A stretch of DNA of 64,000 nucleotides from Phyllobates terribilis (taxonomy: Eukaryota). Positions 22,714-36,217 of this stretch are shown here, piece after piece (position 1 is the stretch's first letter; each line of letters opens with the position of its first letter). Location: the NCBI RefSeq assembly GCF_046119375.1, contig NW_027362831.1, positions 6,324,001-6,388,000 of the forward strand. Reading direction: 5' to 3'. A program made the translations under genes and the position numbers. The notes below the pieces were generated by a model. That model did not search any database. It was given only the letters and a program-made list of their open reading frames with translations, and had not been told where the DNA came from.

Positions 22714-25700
22714 TGCCCGCAAGTCTAACACCAATTGTAGAAGTTTTACTCACTTGGGTGTGACAGGAGGAAAACAGGAGGCATGTTCCTTTAAAAGTTC
22801 ATGTGGGTTTATTGCTTCATAATCCCAGAAGCCAAACAGAAAAGAAAATAGCCTTTAGATCAGGCAAACAAAGTAAATGTCCTTAGCAGGTCTCTGCTCA
22901 GCCAGGCCTGTGTGGCACACAAGCTGGGGTAGCGTCTAGTATCCTGGCTTGGTCTGAAGACAAACATACACAGGAGGCCTTCTCCCTCCAAACACACAGA
23001 CCATGTGCCAAACAGCAGCCTCCATTTTATAGGCTGTTAACCACACCCAGAGGTGAGGTATGTGGGTAGCTGGACTCGCCCATTCTCTCCTAGCTACCCG
23101 TAACCCGGCTCCCAGGTGCACCAAACGATCCTCTTAGTGCTTATGTGCCCGAGAAACACTCCGGGTTACATCAGAGACCAGCCATCTCTGTGACACATAC
23201 CTCCCATTGACTACACAACCATTAACCACATTAGAATACCTTGATACATATCTGGTTTGGTGCCTGTGAAAAAAACACAGAATTTGAGCTTGGTTTAAGT
23301 TGGTATCCATGCAGCACATAAATGCATGTTTACTATGGCCATAAATCAGAAAAAAAACCTATAAGAAGAAAAATGATCATAAACTCTGCTGTAAATAAAT
23401 AAATAAAAAGCAAAAGTGCATTTAAATAAAATAGGGTTCTTAGTAACACTGTTTTTGATCAAAAATAGCATGAAAGCTATCCAACCATGGTAAAATGAAC
23501 CCATTCGGGATAGTCCTACTCTGTTTAATATTAAAAACCTTACCATGTATCAAAGCCTCAAACTTCTGTGTGTGAATCAGACATGAGATCTAACGTGATA
23601 GAAGATTACAGTCCGGGGAAGACGGGAAACATTCATATAGACGGCCGGTGGAGATGTAGTCAGTGAAGAACTCTGGCTAAATATGTTTGTAGAGCCGTAG
23701 TAGAATATGAAGATGTCGTAGTCCTTCTCATGAAGTAGTTATTTCTCATGTCACGTATAATGAATATCTCCTGCAGTATTACTAATGCCGATTGTAGTGT
23801 CGGTAAATGAGACGAGAATTAGCTTTATGGAAGATGAGTCTTTGAGAAACGTTTTCAGCTACATACTCCAAGGAAGAAACTCTATTTAAGAGAATTTTCC
23901 TTATGGACCCATCAAAGATGGATATGAATAGAGACAAGATGGCAGAGAGGATATTAAACCTCACCCTAGAGATCCTCTTCCGTCTTACTGGAGAGGTGAG
24001 AGATTCTGATGACGTCACATTACATCATTCTTATCTATGGGAATAACAGATGGACAGAACTGGAGAGGTGAGGACTCTGGAAATGTCTGTAGTGAGATTT
24101 ATTAATGTGTCTCTCCATAACCAGGATTACACAGTACTGAAGAAGACCTCTAGTGAGCGCTGTCAGGACCCTATGTCTGAGGGATGGGGAAGACCCCTGT
24201 GCCCAATCACAGGACCTCCATCTCACCCCCTGATACATGAGGACATCAATGACCAGAAGATCCTAGAACTCACCTACAAGATGATTGAGCTGCTGACTGG
24301 AGAGGTGACACTGCTGGGAATGCTGGGACATTATACAGTAACGCTATGAAAGGATCGGGGGGGGGTGACTGTATCATTGTATGTGTCAGGTTCCTATAAG
24401 ATGTCAGGACGTCACTGTCTATTTCTCCATGGAGGAGTGGGAGTATTTAGAAGGACACAAAGATCTGTACAAGGACGTCATGATGGAGGTTCCCCAGCCC
24501 CTCACATCACCAGGTAATAGACAGGACTAAATACACACGGCCTATAATTATCTGTATGTAAGGAATGAATTCAGTCCCTGTATGTGTTTCCTCCAGATCT
24601 ATCCAGTAAGAGGACAACACCAGACAGATGTCCCCATCCTTTTCTTCCACAGGACTCTAAACAAGAAGATCCCAATGTTCCTCAGGATCATCAGGTAGAT
24701 GGAGAGAAGGTGTCATGAGATCTCCCCTATGATGTGTAGACGGCTGTGAAGGTCTTGTGTTCAGTCTTGTTTAATCCAGCAGTATTATATGGTTTATACT
24801 TGTGTAATGAGAACGGTGGAGATGGCAGGATTAGAGCTGATCATAGATGTGACTTCTCCATCTGTCTGTGACTTTTACAATATTTGTTTCAGGGAGAAGA
24901 TCTCACCCATATTAATACTATAGAGGCATATGTGAGGGGTGATGAGCGGTGTAAAGAGGAGATTCCTACAGATAACCACCCAGGTGAGTAGTGACCACTA
25001 AATGCAGAGAAGTCACAGATTCTTCTCAGTCACCGGCTGTGGCTGCTTTATCGATGGTATAGTCCGGCTGTATCACAATCGTGTGATCACCATTTTGCCT
25101 CTAGACCACAACATTCTCTTCCACCCAAAACTGTTCAAATGATTTTGGGCATTGAAACCCTTTACCATAGAACTTACAACCTGGAGGATCCACCTACTCC
25201 CTGTGCTTAGGAGATTTTACCTGCCCAGATCTGTAAACCACAAAGCCAGAAAATCACTTAAAAAAAATATTATGATGGGCCTGTAAGAGAAAGTGGAGGG
25301 TAATGATGGTGTTGGCTTCCTAGAACCCTGATATCTTGTTGGATGAATCTCCCTTCTCTCCCTTCTGTGCTGCTGAATGTGCTCATATGGTCTCTACAAG
25401 ACCAGGTCCAGTCTTTCTGGCCAAACTTTACTTTTATTATCTACAACATTAAATGTGCAGTGAGGCCAAGTGTGAATTTCTGTACAATAACAACAGAGTT
25501 TCCCTTTATCCTGACTTTTCAGTTTCTTTTAAAACCGACTAACTTCAAACCCTATTGTGATAAACTAAACAAAAAAAACATTACACCTGTGCCATGATAT
25601 ATCTCTAAGCTAAATTTAAGACACCTCAGCTCTGCAGTATTATAAAAAGTTCTCTTTGAACATCTAATATTTCTTCTTGAAACTCATCTGACAGAAAATA

Positions 25701-25894
25701 TTGGCCCTTATGATAGTTTAGATTCCCAAGAGCCACCGAGCCCCATACTCCAATTACCCCAGAGAGGTTTCACCACTAGTTACTCGTTTATTACTGATGG
25801 AGACTCTTGAGATTGGTTATTTCAGTAGATGTGTTATTGTCTATAGTCACAGTTTTTGACTACAGTGGTTAGTTCCCAAAATACTCTGATTTAA

Positions 25895-27350
25895 CCCCTT
25901 CCCGCAGACAGTTTTGTGTTCCTATCAGGTCTCATTTTTTTAAATCTGACATGTGTCACTTTATGTGGTGATAACTTTGGAATTCTTCACGAAGGATAAT
26001 GGGAAACAAATGGACCTTACAAATTATTTTCCACCTTTTCTTGAATCCGACAGTACCCCATATACGGTTGTATCCTACTATCTGGGCACATGGCAGGTTA
26101 AGAAGGGAAGGAGCGACATTTAGCTATTTGAATGCAGATTTTGCTGGGATAGTGTGCAGACACAATGTATTGGGGACACTGTTCGTTGTCACCTGGCAGC
26201 TCAAAAGATGGCTACCACAAACAGGCTTGGCGCTATCTACTCCATTTCCCAGATCCCAGGGTTTGCCTTGCTCATCATCCTTTAACCCCTCTACATGTAT
26301 TTGGACTTAGACAGAGACCATCTAAGCTTGGGCCACAGTGTTACCTAATGTTCTGTGGTGTGAGATGGCAAGAAGAATAGTCAGATAGCCGGGTCAGAAC
26401 ATGGAGGTCAGAGAAAAGCCGTTAGCTGAGCACAGAGGACTGAACTAGAGGAGAACAAGGCTGTATCTGGCAGCTTCCAGCAATGTGCTTCCAGCTTTAG
26501 TAGGGTGTGGTGCTTTCTAGTTGGCTGAAGCAAGGAGCAGATTACTCCAGCTGGACAGCACACACACCCATACTGCCAGACTGGATGGTACTACTGGTCC
26601 CAGGCACTCTAATCTTAGTGGCTGGACAGACCCTGCGCCGCCCAGAGCGTCTGGTTCTGATGTCTCCTCCATCACCAGCGCCGCCTGCAGGATGAATAAG
26701 GCAGCTCCTGGTGACAGAAGCAGACGTCGCAGGAGCAGATCCCAGAGGAGATGGGACCCACCATTTACAGAAGCCCTAATATGACATAATAACAGAAAAC
26801 CAGAGCAGTAGAAATCCCCATAAAGTGACTCCATTTTGGAAATTATAACCCTCAGTGAAATAATCTATAGGAGTAGTGACTATTTTAACTCCACAGTCAC
26901 TTTCTGGAAATTAGGACGCAGTGGATGTTGGAGGGTGAAAATGACAAATATATAATTTAATTACCCAACACATAGTGCCCAGATTGTGCTCCAGGAGACA
27001 CACAACATCAAGTGGGTTCTTCTCATTATAGTAATGTCAAATACATGGATGCTGAGTGTGGTTTGGGCGCACTGCAAGGCTCAGAAGTGAGGGGGAGATT
27101 AGACTTTGGGAGAGCGGATATTGCTGGATTGGTTTATGGAAGCCATGTTGCTTTTCAAAAGCCTTTGAGCCACTAATAATGTGGCAACCTCTGGTTTTCC
27201 ATTGACAGATGATGGACCTGAGTGGGGACTTGTTTTTTGTGAGATGAGTAGAAGTTTTTATTGATATTATTTTTGCCTACATAACATTGTTTGGTGGCTT
27301 TTTATTCCATATTTGGGAGGCAGAATGAACAATCAGTTGAACACTACTAT
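25895..27350 (+). mobile_element. Degenerate non-autonomous piggyBac-type element in ZNF intron 5 (copies start near 38207 and 49502)
   Basis: Begins TTAA|CCCCTTCC in all three units. Internal blocks (ccattttggaaa, ctcagaag, atgtgtcactttatgtgg) resemble the piggyBac tail at 1700-3460. No right TIR was found. Confidence 0.5.
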
Positions 27351-27416
27351 CCACTGGTTCATCCTATGAGGTTTTCTATTAGACTGTGAGCTGTTATTGT
27401 CTTGGTGAATAATGAT

Positions 27417-27855
27417 GGCTAACATAGGGCAAAATTAAAAAAAATCACAGAAAAAGATACAGCCTTACCAACACCAAATCATATAACAAATGCACTAGCA
27501 GGATGCCACAGACCCCCATGATAAAGGGGGGGGGGGGGCAGCGCAGGTGCAAAATACTTATGGAGCAATCACTCACAAACCTACCAATTCATGGAGGGTG
27601 TGGTTGCCTAGTATTAAAGATGCACACAGATGAAGCTTGCATAGGACACCAGTCACACAGGTAGGTGTGATGCACAGTGTCTGGCTTAGGATAGTGCTTA
27701 TGCCCATACTATTAGATCAGGAGGGCTGCCCAGCACTATATAAGTGCACCCCACATGGACATACACCCCAGTACACCCAACCAACACTAAAATGCTAATG
27801 CATTTGTTATCTGATTTGGTGTTGGTAAGGCTGATTTTTTTTCTGTGATATCTTT
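27417..27855. mobile_element. Second independent insertion of the unclassified family seen at 18916-20962, with a 17-bp TSD (copies 39790-40220 and 51083-51515)
   Basis: TCTTGGT(G/A)AATAATGAT flanks it at 27400-27416 and 27856-27872. Forward unit gccttaccaacacc...ccaacactaaa, then an inverted ~55-bp copy of its start. Confidence 0.75.
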
Positions 27856-28288
27856 TCTTGGTAAATAATGATACTTACTCTGTCGCCTCATTGGGGGACA
27901 CAGAATCTTGGGTGTTATGCTGCTGTCCACTAGGAGGCGACACTATGCATAATCTTGAAAAGATTAACCGTGGCTCTTCCTCTGCAGTATACACCCCTGA
28001 ACGGCATCAGCCTTCTCCAGTTTTTGCTTACTGTCGCATAGGAGGCACACCTAAAACCTTTACTCCGTTTTCACTGATGGGATTACAGATGAAGAAAAGT
28101 GGGTCTAGTGCTAGACTCCCGGCATGGCTCCTTCCTCGGCCCCTTGTTACAGGGTGCACAATTGAAGTCGAGATGGCTATTCCCCATGTCGCTCCTTCCC
28201 CAGCCCCTCGTGTGCTGGTTCGAAGTCGAGACCCCCCTCCTTCCCCAGTTCCTTTCGGTTTCTGGGTTGAGGTCGAGGCGAGGATATA

Positions 28289-29883
<1,595 letters not shown>

Positions 29884-32800
29884 TAGCCCCCTGATGGTGA
29901 CAGCCAACCTCCCTAATCCCCCCCTGGGGGTATTAGGTTGAAACGCCTCAGGTAGGGCCTGTACAAGCACCAAGGACCCCAGCCCTGCTGCAGGCTCCTG
30001 TCAGGACCGGGGGAGCGCATGCGGGCATGATACAACAGAGGCACGGGCCCTCTTGTGCCCTGTTTCTGCGGCAGCACCATTTCTATGGTGCCTCAGGGGG
30101 ACTCTTCACAGGTTCACAGGGCCCCCCCCCTTTCGCTTCTACCCCACCGCTACCCTGCCTTTAAATCTGGGAAGGTCCGGTTCAGATTCGGCCCCCTCCC
30201 GGACTTCCGCGCCGGCCTGGAGTCCCTTTTGGCATCAGGCACCTAATTTAGGCCGAAGCCGCCACCTCCTCTCCCCGGCCCGCCCCCTGGATGACAAATA
30301 TTACACTTTACAGTGTCATAGAGGGGGCGGATCGAGACTGAAAGGGCGCGATTTTACACAGTTCTGCCGCCCTTTCAGCTCTCCGCCCCCCTTCTTTCTT
30401 AACTTTACTCCGGCGGCCATTATCTGCTGCAGAATAAGGGACACAGCCAGTCTCTGCGGGGCACAGGACTGCGGATCTTCGGCGCTGGACCTAGCGGCAC
30501 ACTGGTGGGATAAGATCACAGCTGAAGTTCTTCCTTGGCTGTGAGTCCATTATTCCTTATAGGCTCCTCTGCATAGCCTCCCCTGTAGGGCCCTCTGCAT
30601 AGCCACCCCAGTGCACTATGCCGGGCTCAAGGTCCAAGAGAACCAGGCAGGACTGCTATTATGCACTCTGTACAGCCTGCAGCAATACTCTCCCCAGCGG
30701 CAGCATGTATCCGCACTGCCAGGACTGCATCCAGACTACTGTGCCAGAGCCCCAAGAAGCCCCTGTCAATGCTTCGGTGTCTAATGCCACGCCGGAATGG
30801 GTCACTCAGATGTCGCAATCTATGACACAGTCTATAGATAACCTAACTTCCTCATTGCTTCAGGCTTTGCAGAGTCATGCCTCGGCTATGAATGCTACCC
30901 AGCAAAGGGAAAGCTCGACTCAGGGACATGTCGACCCGGGCACATCCACGTCTAGGTCAGGACGCAAGCAGACCCACAGGTCACGTTCATCTGCGTCATC
31001 CCATAGCACACGGTCATCCCCTTCTAGGGAGACATACCTTAGTTCCAGATCATCTAGACCGTCCCCTCCCAGGGACAAACAATACAGTTCTCCGCAGCGA
31101 TCCCTGAACAGAGAAGGCCTTCACCCAGCTGGAGACGCCTTAGCGATACACAGGATTCGGAAGGCATCTGTGATTCCGGCTCAGACAACGAAACTGAAGG
31201 GTCCCTGATCCCAATTCCCCCTAGCAATACAGCACTAGTTGAGGACGTAAACTCGTCCATCCATCAGGTGCTGGACATTTCTGATCCGCCCCCGGAGGCA
31301 CCACAACACAAGAAGGAGTTCTGAAGCCGCCTAAGGTCTTCTTTGACCACCCAGAGTTTAAGTCGATCCTTAAAAAGCAGTTCTCACAGCCTGAGAAGAA
31401 GTTTACCAATCGCAAATATCTGGAAGCGCTATACCCCTTCCCACAGCAGACCACCAAGGAATGGACAGATCCACCCAAAGTGGATCCCCCAGTCTCTAGG
31501 CTAGCAGCACAGTCACTCCTTTCACTGCCAGATAGCTCAATCCTCAGGGGCGCAGCAGACCGGCAGGTAGAAAGCATGGCTCGTTCAATTTTCGAGGCCG
31601 CAGGGGCCTCCCTGGCTCCCGCGTTCGCTTCAGTTTGGGTTGCCAAGGCCATCCTGGCTTGGGCCCAAAATTTACAAGCTAGCCTCCAAGTATCTGCTCC
31701 TGAGCTGTCGGACCAAGCGGTTCAAATAGCAGTTGTAGCAGATTACATGCTTCATGCAGCTCTGGATTATGCAAGGGGTGCAGCAGGGATAGCATCAAAC
31801 GCCATCACGATTCGGCGTATCCTCTGGCTACGGGAATGGAAAGCAGACGCAGCCTCAAAGAAGTCCCTTACGCACCTCCCGTACCGCAGTGGTCAACTTT
31901 TTGGTGAACAGTTGGACACGATGATATCCAACGCCACCGGGGGTAAGAGTACCTCTCCTCCCCCAACTGAAACCCAAACGCACTTACAATAAGCATAACC
32001 AAACTCGATTCCGATCCTTTCGGAACTCTTCGGGCTGGTCCACCTCATGGCCAGCACAAAATAGCAACCACCTCCCACGCAGGGACAACTCGTGGCCGAC
32101 GCAAAAGTCGGACAAGACCTGGCAGTCAAAAGCAGGCCAGTCAAAGTCCAAAGGAGGAAAACCTCAGACCTTCGCCTCATCATGACTCACGGACTCCGGA
32201 AGACACCCCACCTGTAGGTGGCTGACTTTTGCTCTTTCATCAAGTATGGCTGCCTATTACAGAAGACAGGTGGGTCAGGGAACTAGTGTCTTCGGGATAC
32301 AAGATAGAATTCACTTCCAACCCACCAAACAGACTCTTTATTTCTGTTCCCCCAAAACCGCCACACAAGGCTCGTGCCTTCGACCAAGCGGTCTTCAAGC
32401 ATTAGTCATAGTACCGGTCCCCTCGGCCGAGCGCTTCCGAGGGTTCTACTTCAATTTATTCGTAGTCCCCAATAAAGGAGGCGGCGTACGGCCCATACTG
32501 GACCTAAAGCAGCTCAACAAATATGTACGGGTACATCACTTCCGCATGAAGTCCCTTTGGTCCATCATTGCGTCCATGGAAAAGGGAGAATTTCTCGCCT
32601 CCATAGACATACAAGACGCATACCTGCATATACCAATTGCGCCCGCCCATCAGAGATTTCTCAGGTTTGCAATCAACCAGGACCACTACCAGTTCGTGGC
32701 TCTCCCGTTCAGACTCGTCACGGCCCCCAGAGTGTTTACCAAAGTCATGGCAGCCACCATGGATGGCCTGCACTCCAGAGGCATAGTAGTCGTTCCATAC

Positions 32801-35527
32801 CTGGACAATCTCCTTATCAAGGCTCCCACCTTCAAGGACTGCGAGCTCAGCGTTTCAATCACAATCGACACTCTGAGTCGCCTGGGCTGGCTAGTCAACC
32901 TACAAAAGTCATCACCAACCCCGAGTCAGTCTCTGACCTTCCTGGGAATGCTATTCAACATTTTCAGGGGTCTAGCGCTCCTTCCCAAGGACAAGGCACT
33001 GCCACTCCGTCTAGGAGTTCACACCCTCCTCAGCAAACCCCCTTGATCTCTCCGGTTTGCCATGAGAGTCCTTGGCAGGATGGTGGCGGCAATAGAAGCG
33101 GTCCCATTTGCCCAGCTTCACCTCAGGCCTCTCCAACTAGCCATCCTCAAGTCATGGGAGAGGAACCCGTCGTCAACTAGGAGGTCCCTCCACTGGTGGC
33201 TCAACCCAACCTCACTAACAAAGGGGAAATCTTTTCTCACTGGTCAATGGAAGGTTCTGACCACCGACGCGAGCCTGACTGGTTGGGGTACACCTACACC
33301 ACAGAGCACAGGGCAAGTGGTCCCCAGCGGAAGCGACCATGCCCATCAACATCTTGGAAATTCGTGCCATCCTCCTGGCATTGAGAGCCTTCAATCACTT
33401 ACTGGCAGCCTCTCACATCAGAGTACAGTCGGACAATGGCATATGTGAATCACCAAGGGGGGACCCGCAGTGCCCAGGCGATGCGAGAAGTGACACATAT
33501 TCTCCACTGGGCGGAAGACACAGGTTCGGTTCTCTCTGCAGGCCACATTCCGGGTGTGGACAACTGGGAAGCAGACTTCCTCAGCCGGTAAGGAATGGAC
33601 TCGGGAGAGTGGTCTCTCCATCCCAAAGTTTTTTGACAGATCTGCCATCGCTGGGGGACTCCGGACGTGGACCTAATGGAATCCTACATCAATGCCAAGG
33701 TCTCCAACTTCATGGCCAGAACACACGACCCGCAGGCGCTAGGAGCGGACGCCCTGGTTCAGGACTGGACCCAGTTCCAGTTCCTGTACATTTTTCCACC
33801 TCTTCCCCTGATATCCAGAGTGGTGAGGAAGATCAAGCAAAAGGGAGTTCCTACCATCCTAATTACACCGGACTGGTCCAGACGTACATGGTACACCGAC
33901 ATCGTACAGCTCACAGCAGACATCCCCTGGCGTCTCCTCGACCACCCCGATCTTCTGTCACAAGGCCCATTCTACCACCAGAACTCAGGGGCCCTCAATT
34001 TGACAGCGTGGCCATTGAGACCTGGGTTCTAACCCAGTCAAGGTTCCCGCCGGACGTCATTGGAACCATGTTCAGGGCACTTAAGCCAACCTCTGCTAAG
34101 ATTTATTACTGTACCTGGAAAGCCTTCTTTACCTGGTGCAATCTCTCGTGGCCAGATCCCATTCCCTTATTCCCTCCCCAGGGTACTTGGGTTTCTCCAA
34201 TCGGGTCTGGAGGCCAGACTGTCCCTGGCCTCCCTTAAAAGCCCGGTGTCAGCTCTCTCAGTGCGTTTTCAGAGGTGCATCGCTAACAAGCCGCAAGTAA
34301 GGACATTTCTTCAGGGGGTTTCCCGATTGGTTCCCCCCTACAGATGACCACTAGAAACGTGGGACCTCAACCTGGTGCTGACAGCATTGCAGGAAACACC
34401 CTTTGAACCCCTTAGGGAAGTCCCACTCCGCCTTCTATCCCAGAAAGTGCTTTTCCTGGTGGCAATCACCTCGCTACGCAGGGTGTCTGAACTGACAGCA
34501 CTCTCCTGCAGACGGCCTCCCTGGCTTTTCACCAGGACAAGGTAGTCCTCCGTACGGTCCCATACTTCCTCCTGAAGGTTGTGTCCAACTTCCACCTCAA
34601 TGAGGAAATTTCACTGCCATCCTTCTGTCCGGTCCCTTTTCATAGAGTGGAGAAGGCTCTGCATACGCTTGACCTTGTCCGGGCATTGCGTATCTATGTG
34701 TCTAGAACTGTGCCTTTCTGGAAGTCTGATTCTCTTTTCCTTCTTCTGGAAGGCGGCAGCAAGGGTCTGCCAGCTTCCAAAGCTACCCTTGCCAGGTGGA
34801 TCAAATCCACCATACAAGAGGCCTACCGCCTCAAAACTTCTCCTCTTCCAGCAGGTATTATGGCACACGTGCGGTAGGGGCCTCCTGGGCCATTCGACAC
34901 CAGGCTTCTGCACAACAAGTGTGTATGGCCGCCACCTGGACTACCCAGTCCTCAGCAGACGCGAGCCTGGGCAGACGTGTTCTGCAGGCTGCGTCCGTCT
35001 ACACAATATTCGTCCATTGCTTCCCACCCAGGGACTGCTTTGGGACGTCCCAAGGTCCTGTGTCCCCCAATTAGAGGCTAAGAGAAAGAGATTTTACGGT
35101 GAGAACACAAAAATCTCCTTTTTACATAAAGTACATTTTTACGGAGAGTTTAAGTAAAAATATTCAACAATATAAATTTTAAGGATATGTTATTCATAAA
35201 TAATAATTGATTTTATTCTTGGCAGATGACTGTACCAGGAGTTCAGAGGAACAGCTGACAGCTTCAATTTTCAAACTGGATGATCTTGAGATCCCACAGG
35301 ATACAATTGAAGTGAATGCCATTACTCCAGATATCCCATCATCCCTTCACAGCAAAGATCTGTCATCTGATCATTTGAAACAGGTCCTGTCTTCTGATTC
35401 ATTACTGATTACTAAGGAAAATCAAAGTCACAAAATAAGCATTAAAAAACAAATTGCTCCTAAAGCAAAGAAGCCATTTTCATGTTCAGAATATGGAAAT
35501 AGTTTTTCCCTCAAAGTCTTTTCTTAA

Positions 35528-35689
<162 letters not shown>

Positions 35690-36217
35690 TAAGACATGAG
35701 ATCTAACTTAATAGAAGATTACAGACCAGGGAAGACTGGAAACATTCATATAGACGGCCGGTGGAGATGTAGTCAGTGATGAACTCTGGCTAAATATGTT
35801 TCAAGAGCCGCAGTAGAAGATGAAGATGTTGTCCTCATCATGAAGTAGTTATTTTTCATGTCACGTGTAATGAATATCCCCTGCAGTATTGCTAATGCCG
35901 ATTCCAGTGTCCGTAAATGAGACGAGAATTAGCTTTATGGAAGATGAGTCTTTGAGAAACGTGTTCAGCTACATACTCCAAGGAAGAAACTGCTTGCTGT
36001 ATGTTGCCTAAAATATATAGGTTTTATTACTAGATGTAAAGAAAACTAAATACTGTAAAATAATATATCTCCTCATGTGTTTCCCCTTATTATCTCCAGT
36101 AATTGTATTATTACACAGGATTTTTATGATGTTACATCGGCTCATCATCTTCTCATTCAGGTCTCTACAATATCAGATCCTCTCAGTGAAGATCTTCTAC
36201 TTAACAGAATTTTCCTT

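Larger units (their letters stand above)
15955..23235 (-). mobile_element. Gmr1-like Ty3/Gypsy LTR retrotransposon 2 (decayed; integrase interrupted at 18916-20962)
   Basis: LTRs at 15955-16456 and 22736-23235, TSD ATAT/ATAC, PPT next to 16457. Minus strand: SCAN-like gag with knuckle CWRCHGPGHIDARC, PR ALLDSGS, IN, RT (LDLTKGYW, YLDN), RH. Confidence 0.92.

Noticed and set aside
26517-26834. ORFs recurring three times (also near 38767 and 50058), including [10 protein letters not shown]
   Set aside because: They recur only because of the segmental duplication. They lie in a decayed intronic repeat and their lengths and stops differ between copies.
27417-27855. Ordinary MITE with 55-bp TIRs
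   Set aside because: Homology to the tandem unit at 18916-20962 extends outside the left 'TIR', and the TSD is 17 bp, so the right arm is better read as an inverted partial copy.
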